From Candidatus Falkowbacteria bacterium (GTDB taxonomy: Bacteria; Patescibacteriota; Patescibacteriia; JACRDY01): DNA of 53,893 nucleotides. Shown in pieces: positions 1 through 8,546 of this stretch. The notes under the pieces are model-generated. The model worked only from the letters and a program-made list of their open reading frames with translations, ran no database searches and was not told the origin of the DNA. The number at the start of each line of letters is the position of its first letter. Position 1 is the stretch's first letter. Position numbers and translations under genes: made by a program. The stretch is from assembly GCA_016218485.1 (NCBI GenBank), contig JACRDY010000062.1:1-53893 (forward strand). Reading direction: 5' to 3'.

Positions 1-2
1 TG

Positions 3-44
3 ACAAAGCTGTGTGACAACTGCTTTAAGCTTTTTGAAGATTAA
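3..44 (+). CDS. 3' end of a gene running in from the left edge (…TKLCDNCFKLFED*)
   Basis: Short open frame with a CxxC motif, ending in TAA just before a hairpin; too short to identify. Confidence 0.35.
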   Translation, partial: TKLCDNCFKLFED

Positions 45-68
45 GAGCTTCATAGACTTAGACAGTTC

Positions 69-98
69 TAAAAAGACACCTTAGGGTGTCATTTTTAG
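69..98. terminator. Hairpin between convergent genes, probable bidirectional terminator
   Basis: AAAAA-GACACC-TTAG-GGTGTC-ATTTTT. Confidence 0.6.
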
Positions 99-109
99 TA
101 TATCAAATC

Positions 110-1023
110 TTAGTTGATTAAGGGAGTTTCGTAATCCACAGTTTCGTAATCCACAGTATAGAGAGAAATAATAACAACACCTACGATAATGAAACTAATC
201 GCCAGACTCTTCATCACGAGCGAGCCGCGGCGCAGTTCTTCTTTCAAAATCTGTGGCAGCCAGAGACTTAGGAGAATTGACCAAATAAAAATCCAAACAT
301 AGTGACTGGCGTTCACCGCGCTAACCAGCGCCGCCGGCCCAGTCACCAGAGCCGCGATATAGAGGACGCCAGCGATCACTGTTAATGTTTCGGACAATGC
401 GGAGAAAGTGTAGACCCGCCAGCTCTCCTGTCGCATGGTCCGGAAACGCCAGATGAAATACACGAACAAAATAACGCCGGAGAAGAGCCGGCCATAGGCA
501 AACACCGGCCAGTAATCATAAAAACCGACTAAATACTTAGAAATAATACCGCCCGAGCTGTACAAAATAGTCCCGGCGATCATGAGCGGCAGCACTTGGC
601 CCTTCAGGCGCCAAAAATCCTTGCTGTAGGAGATGAAAAAGCAACCCAAAAAAATAAACGCCACCCCAATATAAATCACCCAGCTGAAAATTTCACCCAA
701 AAAGACCGTGGCCAGGAGCACTGCCCAGATTTGGTTCAGGCTCAAAGCCGGGGCCACGCGGGAGGCCTCGCCGATTTTCATCGCTTTAAAATAAAACCAG
801 GTCCCGCCGAGATAGCTGATGCTGGTAATCAGGCTCCAGAGCAGTAAATGCAGCGACGGAAATGAAACGCTAGCACCAGTACCGAGCCAATTAAACCCAA
901 GACTCCCCACATGGTGAGGGGAAAGTAAACATCCTTGACCAGCTTGGAAACAACGTTCTTGTCCACCACATTCACCCACGACCACAGAAAGGCGGCTGAT
1001 AATGACAACACAATCCACGTCAT
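110..1023 (-). pseudogene. EamA/DMT family transporter, frameshifted near 860-875
   Basis: The N-terminus MTWIVLSLSAAFLWSWVNVVDK (ORF 829..1023) and the rest (…YFKAMKIGEASRVAP…, ORF 110..1018) are in different frames; two EamA-like halves. Could be a sequencing error. Confidence 0.75.
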
Positions 1024-1033
1024 AAAGTATTTT

Positions 1034-1063
1034 AATTTCTAGTTTCCAATTTCTAATTTCTAA
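1034..1063. repeat. Single-arm heptamer array (AATTTCT x~4)
   Basis: aatttct agtttcc aatttct aatttct aa; same unit as the right arm at 23528-23552. Confidence 0.6.
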
Positions 1064-1066
1064 CCT

Positions 1067-2308
1067 CTATTCATACCGCAGCGCCTCAATCGGATTCAGG
1101 CCCGCCGCCCGGCGCGCCGGGTAGTAGCCAAACGTTACCCCGATCCCGATACAGACCACACAGGCGATTAAGATAGAGTCTAGGGACACGACAAAATCCC
1201 AGCTGTACCCAAGGTACTGGGCCACGCTGGCGATCAGAAACGCGATCAGCGCGCCAATGACAATCCCGATCACCCCGGCGGAAAATGTCAGCATAACTGC
1301 TTCGACCAAAAATTGGCTAAGGATATTTTCCCGCGTGGCGCCGACGGCTTTGCGTAGGCCGATCTCGCGCGTCCGCTCCGTCACCGCCGCGAGCATAATA
1401 TTCATGATCCCCACGCCGCCGACAAAGAGCGCGATGGCCGCGATCGCCGTCAGGAAATATTTGAGCGCGTCGGTAATGCTGGTCAGCGTCTTAATCGCGT
1501 CAGCAATTGAGCGAACCGAGAAATCATCATCAGCCGGCTCGTCAATGTCGTGCTGCTCACGTAGTATCGACCGGACGTCTTCCATGCTGCTCTCCACATT
1601 CTCGGGCGAGTCAACCTTGGCCCGGGCAAACCCCAGGTGGTCGATGCCCAGGAGTAGCTTCTGCGCCGAGGAAACAGGAATCACAATGACGTCGCTCGGG
1701 TCATCCAGACCGCTGACGTCTTTCTGTTTCATTGTCCCAATGACCGTAAAATTCTCTTTGTTAATTTTAATTTTCTCGCCAATCGGATCCGCCTCCACAA
1801 ACAGGTCCTCCACCACCCCCGGCCCCAGTATGGCCACGCGCGCCAAGCTCCGCTCTTCTTCTTCGGTCAAAAACCGGCCAGCCGCAAGATCGATCCCCTC
1901 AACGTCCAAATACTGGTAGCCCGAGCCGACAAACGTCCCGTCAATACTCCGATTCTGCCAGACGACGCTGCCGACCCCGCGTGAATACGGCGCGGCCGCC
2001 ACGATGTGCGGCGCTCGGGCTTTGTTCAAGAGCTCACGGTAATCATCATACTTCAGCGTGGTGACTAAAATTCCCATGGCTGAAGCGGGCGGGCCGGCAT
2101 CGTCAGCGGCGCCCGGCAGCACGCCAATGAGGTTGGCACCCTGGCCTTCGAGCTGATTAATGATCAGACTCTGCGCCCCCGCGCCCACCGACATAATCAC
2201 AATCACCGCGGTAATCCCAATAATCACGCCGAGCATTGTTAGTAAGGCGCGTTTCTTGTTTGATCGGAGCGACCGGTCCGCCGTACGGTAAATATCCAAT
2301 AGGTACAT
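1067..2308 (-). CDS. ABC transporter permease, MacB/FtsX family
   Basis: RALLTMLGVIIG N-terminus, GGVGIMNIML…ERTREIGLRKAVGA, C-terminal YPARRAAGLNPIEALRYE. Confidence 0.93.
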   Translation of the reverse strand: MYLLDIYRTADRSLRSNKKRALLTMLGVIIGITAVIVIMSVGAGAQSLIINQLEGQGANLIGVLPGAADDAGPPASAMGILVTTLKYDDYRELLNKARAPHIVAAAPYSRGVGSVVWQNRSIDGTFVGSGYQYLDVEGIDLAAGRFLTEEEERSLARVAILGPGVVEDLFVEADPIGEKIKINKENFTVIGTMKQKDVSGLDDPSDVIVIPVSSAQKLLLGIDHLGFARAKVDSPENVESSMEDVRSILREQHDIDEPADDDFSVRSIADAIKTLTSITDALKYFLTAIAAIALFVGGVGIMNIMLAAVTERTREIGLRKAVGATRENILSQFLVEAVMLTFSAGVIGIVIGALIAFLIASVAQYLGYSWDFVVSLDSILIACVVCIGIGVTFGYYPARRAAGLNPIEALRYE

Positions 2309-2309
2309 A

Positions 2310-2384
2310 AATTACGAATTACGAATTACGAATTACGAATGATACTTGACCAATTCGTAATTCGTAATTATTAATTCGTAATTA
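2310..2384. repeat. Mirror-microsatellite element, unit AATTACG/CGTAATT
   Basis: (AATTACG)x4, 11-nt spacer, inverted array; fills the gap between the ATPase stop and the permease start. Confidence 0.9.
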
Positions 2385-3110
2385 TTTCTTAAGCTCTCCC
2401 CCGTCTTTAGCGACAATCCGATTACTGACCCGTTCATCAGAGACTAACAAACCATCCTTCGTGCGGAGAATGCGCTGCGCGTGTTCAGCGGTATACTTCT
2501 CATGGGTCACGAGAATAATCGTCTTGCCCTGCTCATTCAAATCTTCGAGAATCTCCATCACCTGCGCGCCGGACTTAGAGTCTAGGTTGCCGGTCGGCTC
2601 GTCCGCGAAAATCACGTCAGGGTTATTGACGAGTGAGCGGGCAATCGCCACGCGCTGTTTCTCACCGCCGGACAATTTGTTCGAGAGGTAATCCAGCCGG
2701 TGACCCAGGCCGACCGCTGCCAGCGCTTTACTGGCAATGACGCGACGATCATTTTCCTTGACCGCGCGGTTATACACCAGCGGCAGCATCACATTGTCAA
2801 GCACGCTGGTTCGCGCCAGCAAGTTGAATGACTGGAAAATAAAGCCAATCTCCCGCAGCCGCGTCTGCGCCATTTCCGCCTCGGTCAATTGACTAACATC
2901 CCTGCCTTTAAATAAATACTGCCCGCTGGTTAACGTATCCAAAAAACCCAAGATATGCATCAAGGTTGATTTACCCGAACCGGACGGCCCCATAATCGCC
3001 ACGAATTCACCGGGCATGACATCAAAACTAACGCCGTGCAGGACCTTGGTCACGACCTCATCGTTGGCGAATTCTTTAGTCAGGTTTGTTATTTTGATGA
3101 TTGGATCCAT
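2382..3110 (-). CDS. ABC transporter ATP-binding protein, MacB/LolD-like
   Basis: Walker A GPSGSGKS, LSGGEKQRVAIARSL, FADEPTGNLD. Confidence 0.95.
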   Translation of the reverse strand: MDPIIKITNLTKEFANDEVVTKVLHGVSFDVMPGEFVAIMGPSGSGKSTLMHILGFLDTLTSGQYLFKGRDVSQLTEAEMAQTRLREIGFIFQSFNLLARTSVLDNVMLPLVYNRAVKENDRRVIASKALAAVGLGHRLDYLSNKLSGGEKQRVAIARSLVNNPDVIFADEPTGNLDSKSGAQVMEILEDLNEQGKTIILVTHEKYTAEHAQRILRTKDGLLVSDERVSNRIVAKDGGELKK

Positions 3111-3116
3111 ACAATT

Positions 3117-3307
3117 AGTTGAAAGTTATAAAGTTAAAAGCAGGAGTTACGCACTTTTAATAAAAATTGGCTAAAATTAGCTGTTAATAATTTTTATTGT
3201 TACTCTAAAATTAGCTGAAAATTTTAGAAGTGCGTAACTCCTGTTAAAAGTTAGAAAGTTCTACAACTTTTAACTTTATAACTTTATAACTTTCAACTTT
3301 CTAACTT
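3117..3307. repeat. Mirror-microsatellite element, unit AAAGTT(AT/G/A), interrupted by a MITE
   Basis: agttgaaagttataaagttaaaag … aactttataactttcaactttctaact. Confidence 0.88.
3141..3243. mobile_element. 103-bp MITE, copy 1
   Basis: 16-bp perfect TIR CAGGAGTTACGCACTT; flanking TTAAAAG direct repeat (3134-3140, 3244-3250); exact reverse-complement copy at 35698-35800. Confidence 0.9.
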
Positions 3308-4960
3308 CTATTTACTGCCGTTCTTCACAAATGTCACCACGTTCTCGCCCTCACTCAAACCAGAAACGACTTCCACGAGACCGTCATCGCCCTTCAAGCC
3401 AGTCTGCACCGCACGATCTGCCACCTGGTTAGCCTCGGCATCGGTCAACACCTGTACCTTCCCCTCCACCACCGCGCGCTGAGGAATAACCAACACGCCG
3501 GTACGGCTATCGGTCAGCACATCAACGTTGGCGGTCATGCCCGGCTTGATGTCGTATTCTGTTTCATCAATATTCACTTTGACTTTATAGTACACTACAC
3601 CGGAAATTTCCGTCTCGGCCGGTTCAATCAAAATAATATGACCGGTAAATAGCGCCTCGTCGCCAAAGGCATCCAACGTCACCTTGGCTTCATCGCCAAC
3701 GGAAATCTTGGCAATATCAGACTCAGGCACGTCCACCTCAATTTCAAACTGCTGGTCGCCCAGCATCACCACCACCGGCGTTGTTAAACTAGCGTACTCA
3801 CCAATGGAGTTGTTAACTTTGGTAACCACCCCGGCCACCGGCGCCGTGATGACCCGATCCGACATTTTCTGCTGAATAGCAGCGACCTGCGCTGCCGCCT
3901 GATCCACCAGCGCGCTGTAATAGGCCACATCGCTCTTCTTCGGATCAGCCGCCGTCACCGCGTACTGCGCTTTGGCTAAATCCCAGGCTTGCTGCTTGAT
4001 CTCAAGCGTATCTTCAGCGCTCGCCACCGCATTATCATAGTAGAGTCGCTTGGTCTGCAGATTGGACGCGTCAGTCTGTAAAGTATTAATGCCAGTACTG
4101 ATAGTCGTCTGTTCGGTCCGAATGGTCGTCTTGAGCGTATCCAGACTGGCTTCGGGGAATGAGGCGGAGGTGATGGACGCCAACAGCGCGTTGTACATTG
4201 AATCAAGCGCCAGCGCCACCTGATTGAGTGACAACTTGACATTATTGAGCGCTGCCAAGATTTGTTGCTGATCGCCGCTCGCCTTGGCATTGACGAGCAC
4301 CTGATCACTGGCCGAGAGTATCGTCAGCGCATCCTCACGCTGTACTTTGGTGTTAATTAAATATTGAGGGTTCTTAATGCTGATGTAATCTTTGCCGGCC
4401 GGATCGTTATATACCGTCTGGATAACATCCAGCGATGCCCTGGCTTTAAAAAGATAATTACGGATATCATTAAGCGCGGTATCACGGTAAATCGTCATAT
4501 TCTCATCACGATCTTTCTGTGTATTATGCAGACTGGTCAGCGCGGCGTTATAGGCCGCTGCCGCATTCTCGACTTGAGATTCGGCCACCTGCAGTTCCGG
4601 CTCCGTAGCGCCATCCAGTACTTTCTGAAGGTTAGCCTGCGCTGATGCCAGAGTAGCCTGGTACTGCCGCAACTGCACCGCCAGATCACCGGCATCCAAA
4701 CGAGCCAGCACCTGCCGGGCCGTCACTGGCTGGCCGACGACTGCTGTCATACCAGTAATCCGCCCGCTGGCCGCGAAATTAAGTTCAATTTCTTCAGCGC
4801 TCTTGATCTGCCCGGTGGCGGAAACCGTCTGGGTCAGATCCTGACGGACGACTGGCGTGGTAGTATATTCCACACTCTGCTTATCACCTCCGCGAAAATA
4901 GAGCGCGGCGCCGATCACCACGACCACTGCTCCAATAATAATGATTCTTTTTTTCGTCAT
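3308..4960 (-). CDS. Efflux periplasmic adaptor / membrane-fusion protein (HlyD/MacA-like)
   Basis: N-terminal TM, VSATGQI…ASGRI, long coiled coil, ITAPVAGVV, KPGMTANV; in an operon with the ABC ATPase and permease. Confidence 0.9.
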   Translation of the reverse strand: MTKKRIIIIGAVVVVIGAALYFRGGDKQSVEYTTTPVVRQDLTQTVSATGQIKSAEEIELNFAASGRITGMTAVVGQPVTARQVLARLDAGDLAVQLRQYQATLASAQANLQKVLDGATEPELQVAESQVENAAAAYNAALTSLHNTQKDRDENMTIYRDTALNDIRNYLFKARASLDVIQTVYNDPAGKDYISIKNPQYLINTKVQREDALTILSASDQVLVNAKASGDQQQILAALNNVKLSLNQVALALDSMYNALLASITSASFPEASLDTLKTTIRTEQTTISTGINTLQTDASNLQTKRLYYDNAVASAEDTLEIKQQAWDLAKAQYAVTAADPKKSDVAYYSALVDQAAAQVAAIQQKMSDRVITAPVAGVVTKVNNSIGEYASLTTPVVVMLGDQQFEIEVDVPESDIAKISVGDEAKVTLDAFGDEALFTGHIILIEPAETEISGVVYYKVKVNIDETEYDIKPGMTANVDVLTDSRTGVLVIPQRAVVEGKVQVLTDAEANQVADRAVQTGLKGDDGLVEVVSGLSEGENVVTFVKNGSK

Positions 4961-5083
4961 ATGATGGATTACCCTATGATATAAAATTACCCATAGATTT
5001 TCTAAATTCCGTATATACTATACTCGGTAATTGATAAATAATCAAGTTAAAATACAGGCAAGCATAGAAATTATTAAACATTA

Positions 5084-5312
5084 AAAATCCCAAATCCCAA
5101 TACCCCAGGCAATGACAAATTCCTAATGACAAATGACCAGTCAATGCTTAATGTCTAATGTCAAATATCCAAACTTTTGGCATTAGAGCTTTGATATTTG
5201 GCATTGATTTGTCATTTGGATTTTAAACTTTGGCATTATGAGATATTGGGATTTGGGATTTTAGTCATTCGTAATTAGCCCTAAAGGGGCTCTTTCGGGG
5301 TAATTCGTAATT
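5084..5312. repeat. Nested mirror-microsatellite elements (outer AAATCCC, inner AATGAC/TGGCATT, adjacent TTCGTAA remnants)
   Basis: Perfect 19-bp IR AAAATCCCAAATCCCAATA (5084-5102 / 5244-5262) enclosing a second heptamer hairpin. Confidence 0.82.
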
Positions 5313-5313
5313 C

Positions 5314-5342
5314 TTGCATTATTTCAAACTCTATGCTATAGT
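5314..5342 (+). promoter_or_regulatory. Sigma70-like promoter of rpmE
   Basis: TTGCAT-17 nt-TATAGT with an extended TG. Confidence 0.55.
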
Positions 5343-5369
5343 ACGGGCATTCTGTATTAAATATTGTTT

Positions 5370-5678
5370 ATGAAAAAGGATATTCACCCGGAATACTACA
5401 AAGAGGCCAAGGTCACCTGCGCCTGCGGCAATAGCTTCACGGTCGGCTCCACCGTCAAGGAAATTGAGACGGAGCTGTGTTTTATGTGTCATCCGTTCTA
5501 CACCGGCACCCAAAAACTGGTTGACACCGCGCGTCGCGTCGATAAATTCAAACAAAAATTGGAAAAAGCCAGCGCCGCCGCGTTCGCCAGTCGGGGCAAA
5601 AAAGTCAAGCGCGCTAAACGAGCCGCGACTAAACAGGCTAAAGCTAAAGCCAAGAAAACCGTCTCTGCTGAAGAGTAA
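5370..5678 (+). CDS. rpmE: 50S ribosomal protein L31 (Zn-type) with Lys/Ala-rich tail
   Basis: MKKDIHPEY…CACGN…CHPFYTG…RVDKF; ATG at 5370 preferred over TTG at 5364. Confidence 0.95.
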   Translation: MKKDIHPEYYKEAKVTCACGNSFTVGSTVKEIETELCFMCHPFYTGTQKLVDTARRVDKFKQKLEKASAAAFASRGKKVKRAKRAATKQAKAKAKKTVSAEE

Positions 5679-5926
5679 CTTTTGAAGCCCGCTTCGTCTA
5701 TTGCCAAATCTTTTGGTATAATGGCAAAGCGGGTTTTTGAATTTTACGGGCTGCTCAAGTCCGCCGCGGCGGGCGCAGAGCAGACCAAGGTAAAATTCAT
5801 CCGCCATGTCCCGTCTGGCGGGACGAAGACGGATCAATCACTCTGACTACCAACACTATCCAGCGATAAGAAACATCCTGGCAAGGGCGGGGTAATGGTT
5901 GAGATGGTTACCAAACATCTAACACT

Positions 5927-6964
5927 ATGAATATCCAAGAAGTACAGCAAGAGTACGCCGATCTGGAACAGCAACTCCAGGATGTTTCAGTTACCGCCAA
6001 TCCCCAAAAGTTAAAAACTCTGTCACAGCGCTACAATGAACTGAAAGAAACCATGACCGCGGTCAGCGAGCTGGAAATGGTTGAGCGGCAAATCAGCGAT
6101 AACCAGTTAACCCTGCAGGATAACGACCCTGAACTGCGCGAACTGGCCGAAGTGGAAGCGCTGGAACTGCAGACGCGCCGTGAGCAGCTACAGCGCACGG
6201 TCAACGATCTGCTCAATCCGGCCGATCCGCTGGACAAAAAAAATGTCATCATGGAAATCCGCGCCGGCACCGGCGGAGACGAGTCCGCGCTGTTTGCCGC
6301 TGAACTGTTTCGCCTGTACTCCCGCTACGCCGAAAACCAAGGCTGGAAAACTAAAATCATTGATGCCAATCGCACCGGCATTGGCGGCTTTAAAGAAGTT
6401 ATTTTCTCCGTTACCGGTGGCAAAGTCTATGGTGATTTGAAATACGAGAGCGGGACGCATCGCGTCCAGCGCGTACCGGAAACTGAAAAGAGCGGCCGTA
6501 TTCATACTTCGGCCGTCACGGTGGCAGTATTGCCGGAAGCAGAGGAAGTGGATATAGAAATCAAACCAGAAGATCTACGTATTGATGTCTTTCGCGCCGG
6601 TGGCAAAGGCGGCCAGGGTGTCAACACCACCGACTCGGCGGTCCGCATCACCCACCTGCCGACCGGTCTGGTCGTCGCCTGCCAGGATGAGCGCAGCCAG
6701 CTGCAAAACAAGACCAAAGCCCTGCAGGTGCTGCGCTCGCGGCTGCTAGCGGCCGTGGAAGAAAAAAACCGCGCCCAGCGAGCCGCCAACCGCAAAAGTC
6801 AAATTGGCAGCGGCGACCGCAGTGAAAAAATCCGCACCTACAATTTCCCCCAAGATCGGGTGACGGATCACCGCGTCAAAGAAAACTGGTTCGGTATTGA
6901 CAGTATCATCAACGGCAATATTGAGCCGATCATCGCCGCGCTTAAACAAGCAGACAAAGGATAA
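5927..6964 (+). CDS. prfA: Peptide chain release factor 1
   Basis: GGQ motif, HRVQRVPET, followed by prmC. Confidence 0.97.
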   Translation: MNIQEVQQEYADLEQQLQDVSVTANPQKLKTLSQRYNELKETMTAVSELEMVERQISDNQLTLQDNDPELRELAEVEALELQTRREQLQRTVNDLLNPADPLDKKNVIMEIRAGTGGDESALFAAELFRLYSRYAENQGWKTKIIDANRTGIGGFKEVIFSVTGGKVYGDLKYESGTHRVQRVPETEKSGRIHTSAVTVAVLPEAEEVDIEIKPEDLRIDVFRAGGKGGQGVNTTDSAVRITHLPTGLVVACQDERSQLQNKTKALQVLRSRLLAAVEEKNRAQRAANRKSQIGSGDRSEKIRTYNFPQDRVTDHRVKENWFGIDSIINGNIEPIIAALKQADKG

Positions 6965-7036
6965 TTACGAATTACGAATTAAAAATTACGAATTGTTTGA
7001 TATTTATTCGTAATTCGTAATTTGTAATTCGTAATT
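6963..7036. repeat. Mirror-microsatellite element, unit AATTACG
   Basis: Array overlaps the prfA stop; inverted array ends 3 nt before the prmC ATG. Confidence 0.9.
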
Positions 7037-7039
7037 TTT

Positions 7040-7915
7040 ATGCTCTCTCTCCGTCAAACGCTCACATTAGCTGTCCAACAATTACAGCCATCAAAGACGA
7101 AAATCGCCACACTTGACGCGGAGATTTTATTATCTCATATACTTAAAAAACCAAAAGAATACCTCTACACTCATCCGGAAAAAATACTGACCAGACGACA
7201 ACACGCTGCTTTTCAAAAACTGATTGCGCGACGAACCAAAGGTGAACCAATCGCCTACCTTGTCGGGCATAAAGAATTTTTTGGTCTGGACTTTACCATC
7301 AACAAAAACGCCCTCATCCCCCGCCCCGAAACTGAACTCTTGGTTGAAGAAACTTTAAACCAACTACCAACTACCAGCTCTCAGCTCTCAGCCATCGCGG
7401 ACATCGGCACCGGTTCCGGCTGTATTGCCGTTGCGATCGCCAAACACGCACCAAAAACTAAAATCTACGGCACGGACGTATCAGCTAAAACGCTGGCACT
7501 AGCCAAAACCAATGCCCATAGACACCAGGTGAGTCATCGTATTACCTTTCTGCCAGGCTCGCTCTTGGCACCACTCAAAAATATCAAACTGGATGCGCTC
7601 GTCGCCAACCTGCCCTATGGCTGGTCAAATTGGAAAAATAACACCTCGGCCGAAACCATTGGCCTACGTTTTGAGCCGCCAAGGGCACTGTTTACCGGCG
7701 AACGAGGACTGAAACTCTACCGCCAATTCTTAAAGCAAATGGCCAAACGCCAACAGCAGCCGCGGCTGATGCTCTTAGAATTTGACCCGCGACAAACCAA
7801 GGCCTTCACTAAATTGATTAAACAAATCCTCCCCCACTATTCTCTGGAAATAAAAAAAGACCTCTTGGGCCATAATCGGCTGATAATCCTAAATTTACAA
7901 CAAAAATGTGGATAA
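7040..7915 (+). CDS. prmC: Release factor glutamine methyltransferase
   Basis: GEPIAYLVGHKEFFG, LIPRPETE, DIGTGSGCI, NLPY. Confidence 0.95.
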   Translation: MLSLRQTLTLAVQQLQPSKTKIATLDAEILLSHILKKPKEYLYTHPEKILTRRQHAAFQKLIARRTKGEPIAYLVGHKEFFGLDFTINKNALIPRPETELLVEETLNQLPTTSSQLSAIADIGTGSGCIAVAIAKHAPKTKIYGTDVSAKTLALAKTNAHRHQVSHRITFLPGSLLAPLKNIKLDALVANLPYGWSNWKNNTSAETIGLRFEPPRALFTGERGLKLYRQFLKQMAKRQQQPRLMLLEFDPRQTKAFTKLIKQILPHYSLEIKKDLLGHNRLIILNLQQKCG

Positions 7916-7926
7916 TTGTTTAAACA

Positions 7927-7955
7927 TTGCAATTCTTTAATACTTATACTATAAT
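7927..7955 (+). promoter_or_regulatory. Near-consensus sigma70 promoter with no downstream ORF
   Basis: TTGCAA-17 nt-TATAAT. Confidence 0.65.
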
Positions 7956-7961
7956 GACATT

Positions 7962-8024
7962 GGCACTTGTGAGGGCTTTGGCCCTCTCGCGGTCAATACA
8001 TAAACCGCAGACAGGTGCTTTTTT
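7962..8024 (+). ncRNA. Candidate small structured RNA (three-way junction ending in a U-run)
   Basis: Closing stem GCACTTGT/ACAGGTGC, hairpins GAGGGC/GCCCTC and GCGGT/ACCGC, then TTTTTT; starts about 7 nt after the -10. Confidence 0.5.
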
Positions 8025-8514
8025 ATTTAAATAGACTCCAAATCTCCGGAATAAAAAACTCTACGTTTTTTACCGGAACTATCAGACTCAATCTTCCAAG
8101 AAGGATAAACACTCCAAAAGAACGGTTGACTACCATAACTTCTTTTACGACTACCTTGAGTCGTACGCCTTGATTTGGCATAACGGCAATAAAAACATAA
8201 TACCGTACTAATTTCATTCTCTTCTCCCAGCGAGAATTAATTTTCTGCCTGACCAACATATTTCGTTCGCAATATTCTTGGAGAGTAGCAGATTTCTTAA
8301 TAATTCTTACAGCCAAAGGTAACAGACGTAACCTTATATACTGTTCATCCTGAGAACGAGTTGTATTCCATGATTTAAAAATTAAATGTTGTAATCCCTC
8401 TGTATTAAAATGGACATCCTTACTTAAATAAGGACAAAAAACTTTACCTACCTCGCTATAGAATCGAGTGGCATCATTCTTAGCGGAATTAAATTTTTCT
8501 TCGTCAGTACTCAT
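8023..8514 (-). CDS. AT-rich hypothetical protein, possibly a BECR/RelE-fold nuclease; probable frameshift near 8135
   Basis: VFCPYL…VHFNTEGLQHL…RLRLL; the alternative frame continues GSQPFFWSVYPSWK…YSGDLESI*. Fold assignment from memory only. Confidence 0.5.
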   Translation of the reverse strand: MSTDEEKFNSAKNDATRFYSEVGKVFCPYLSKDVHFNTEGLQHLIFKSWNTTRSQDEQYIRLRLLPLAVRIIKKSATLQEYCERNMLVRQKINSRWEKRMKLVRYYVFIAVMPNQGVRLKVVVKEVMVVNRSFGVFILLGRLSLIVPVKNVEFFIPEIWSLFK

Positions 8515-8546
8515 GGGTTTAGTATAGAACACTACGGCATTTATTT

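Noticed and set aside
2310..2384. Mirror elements as ordinary rho-independent terminators
   Set aside because: AT-rich long stems with no consistent U-tract, located inside operons; conventional terminators here (e.g. 32181-32210) look different
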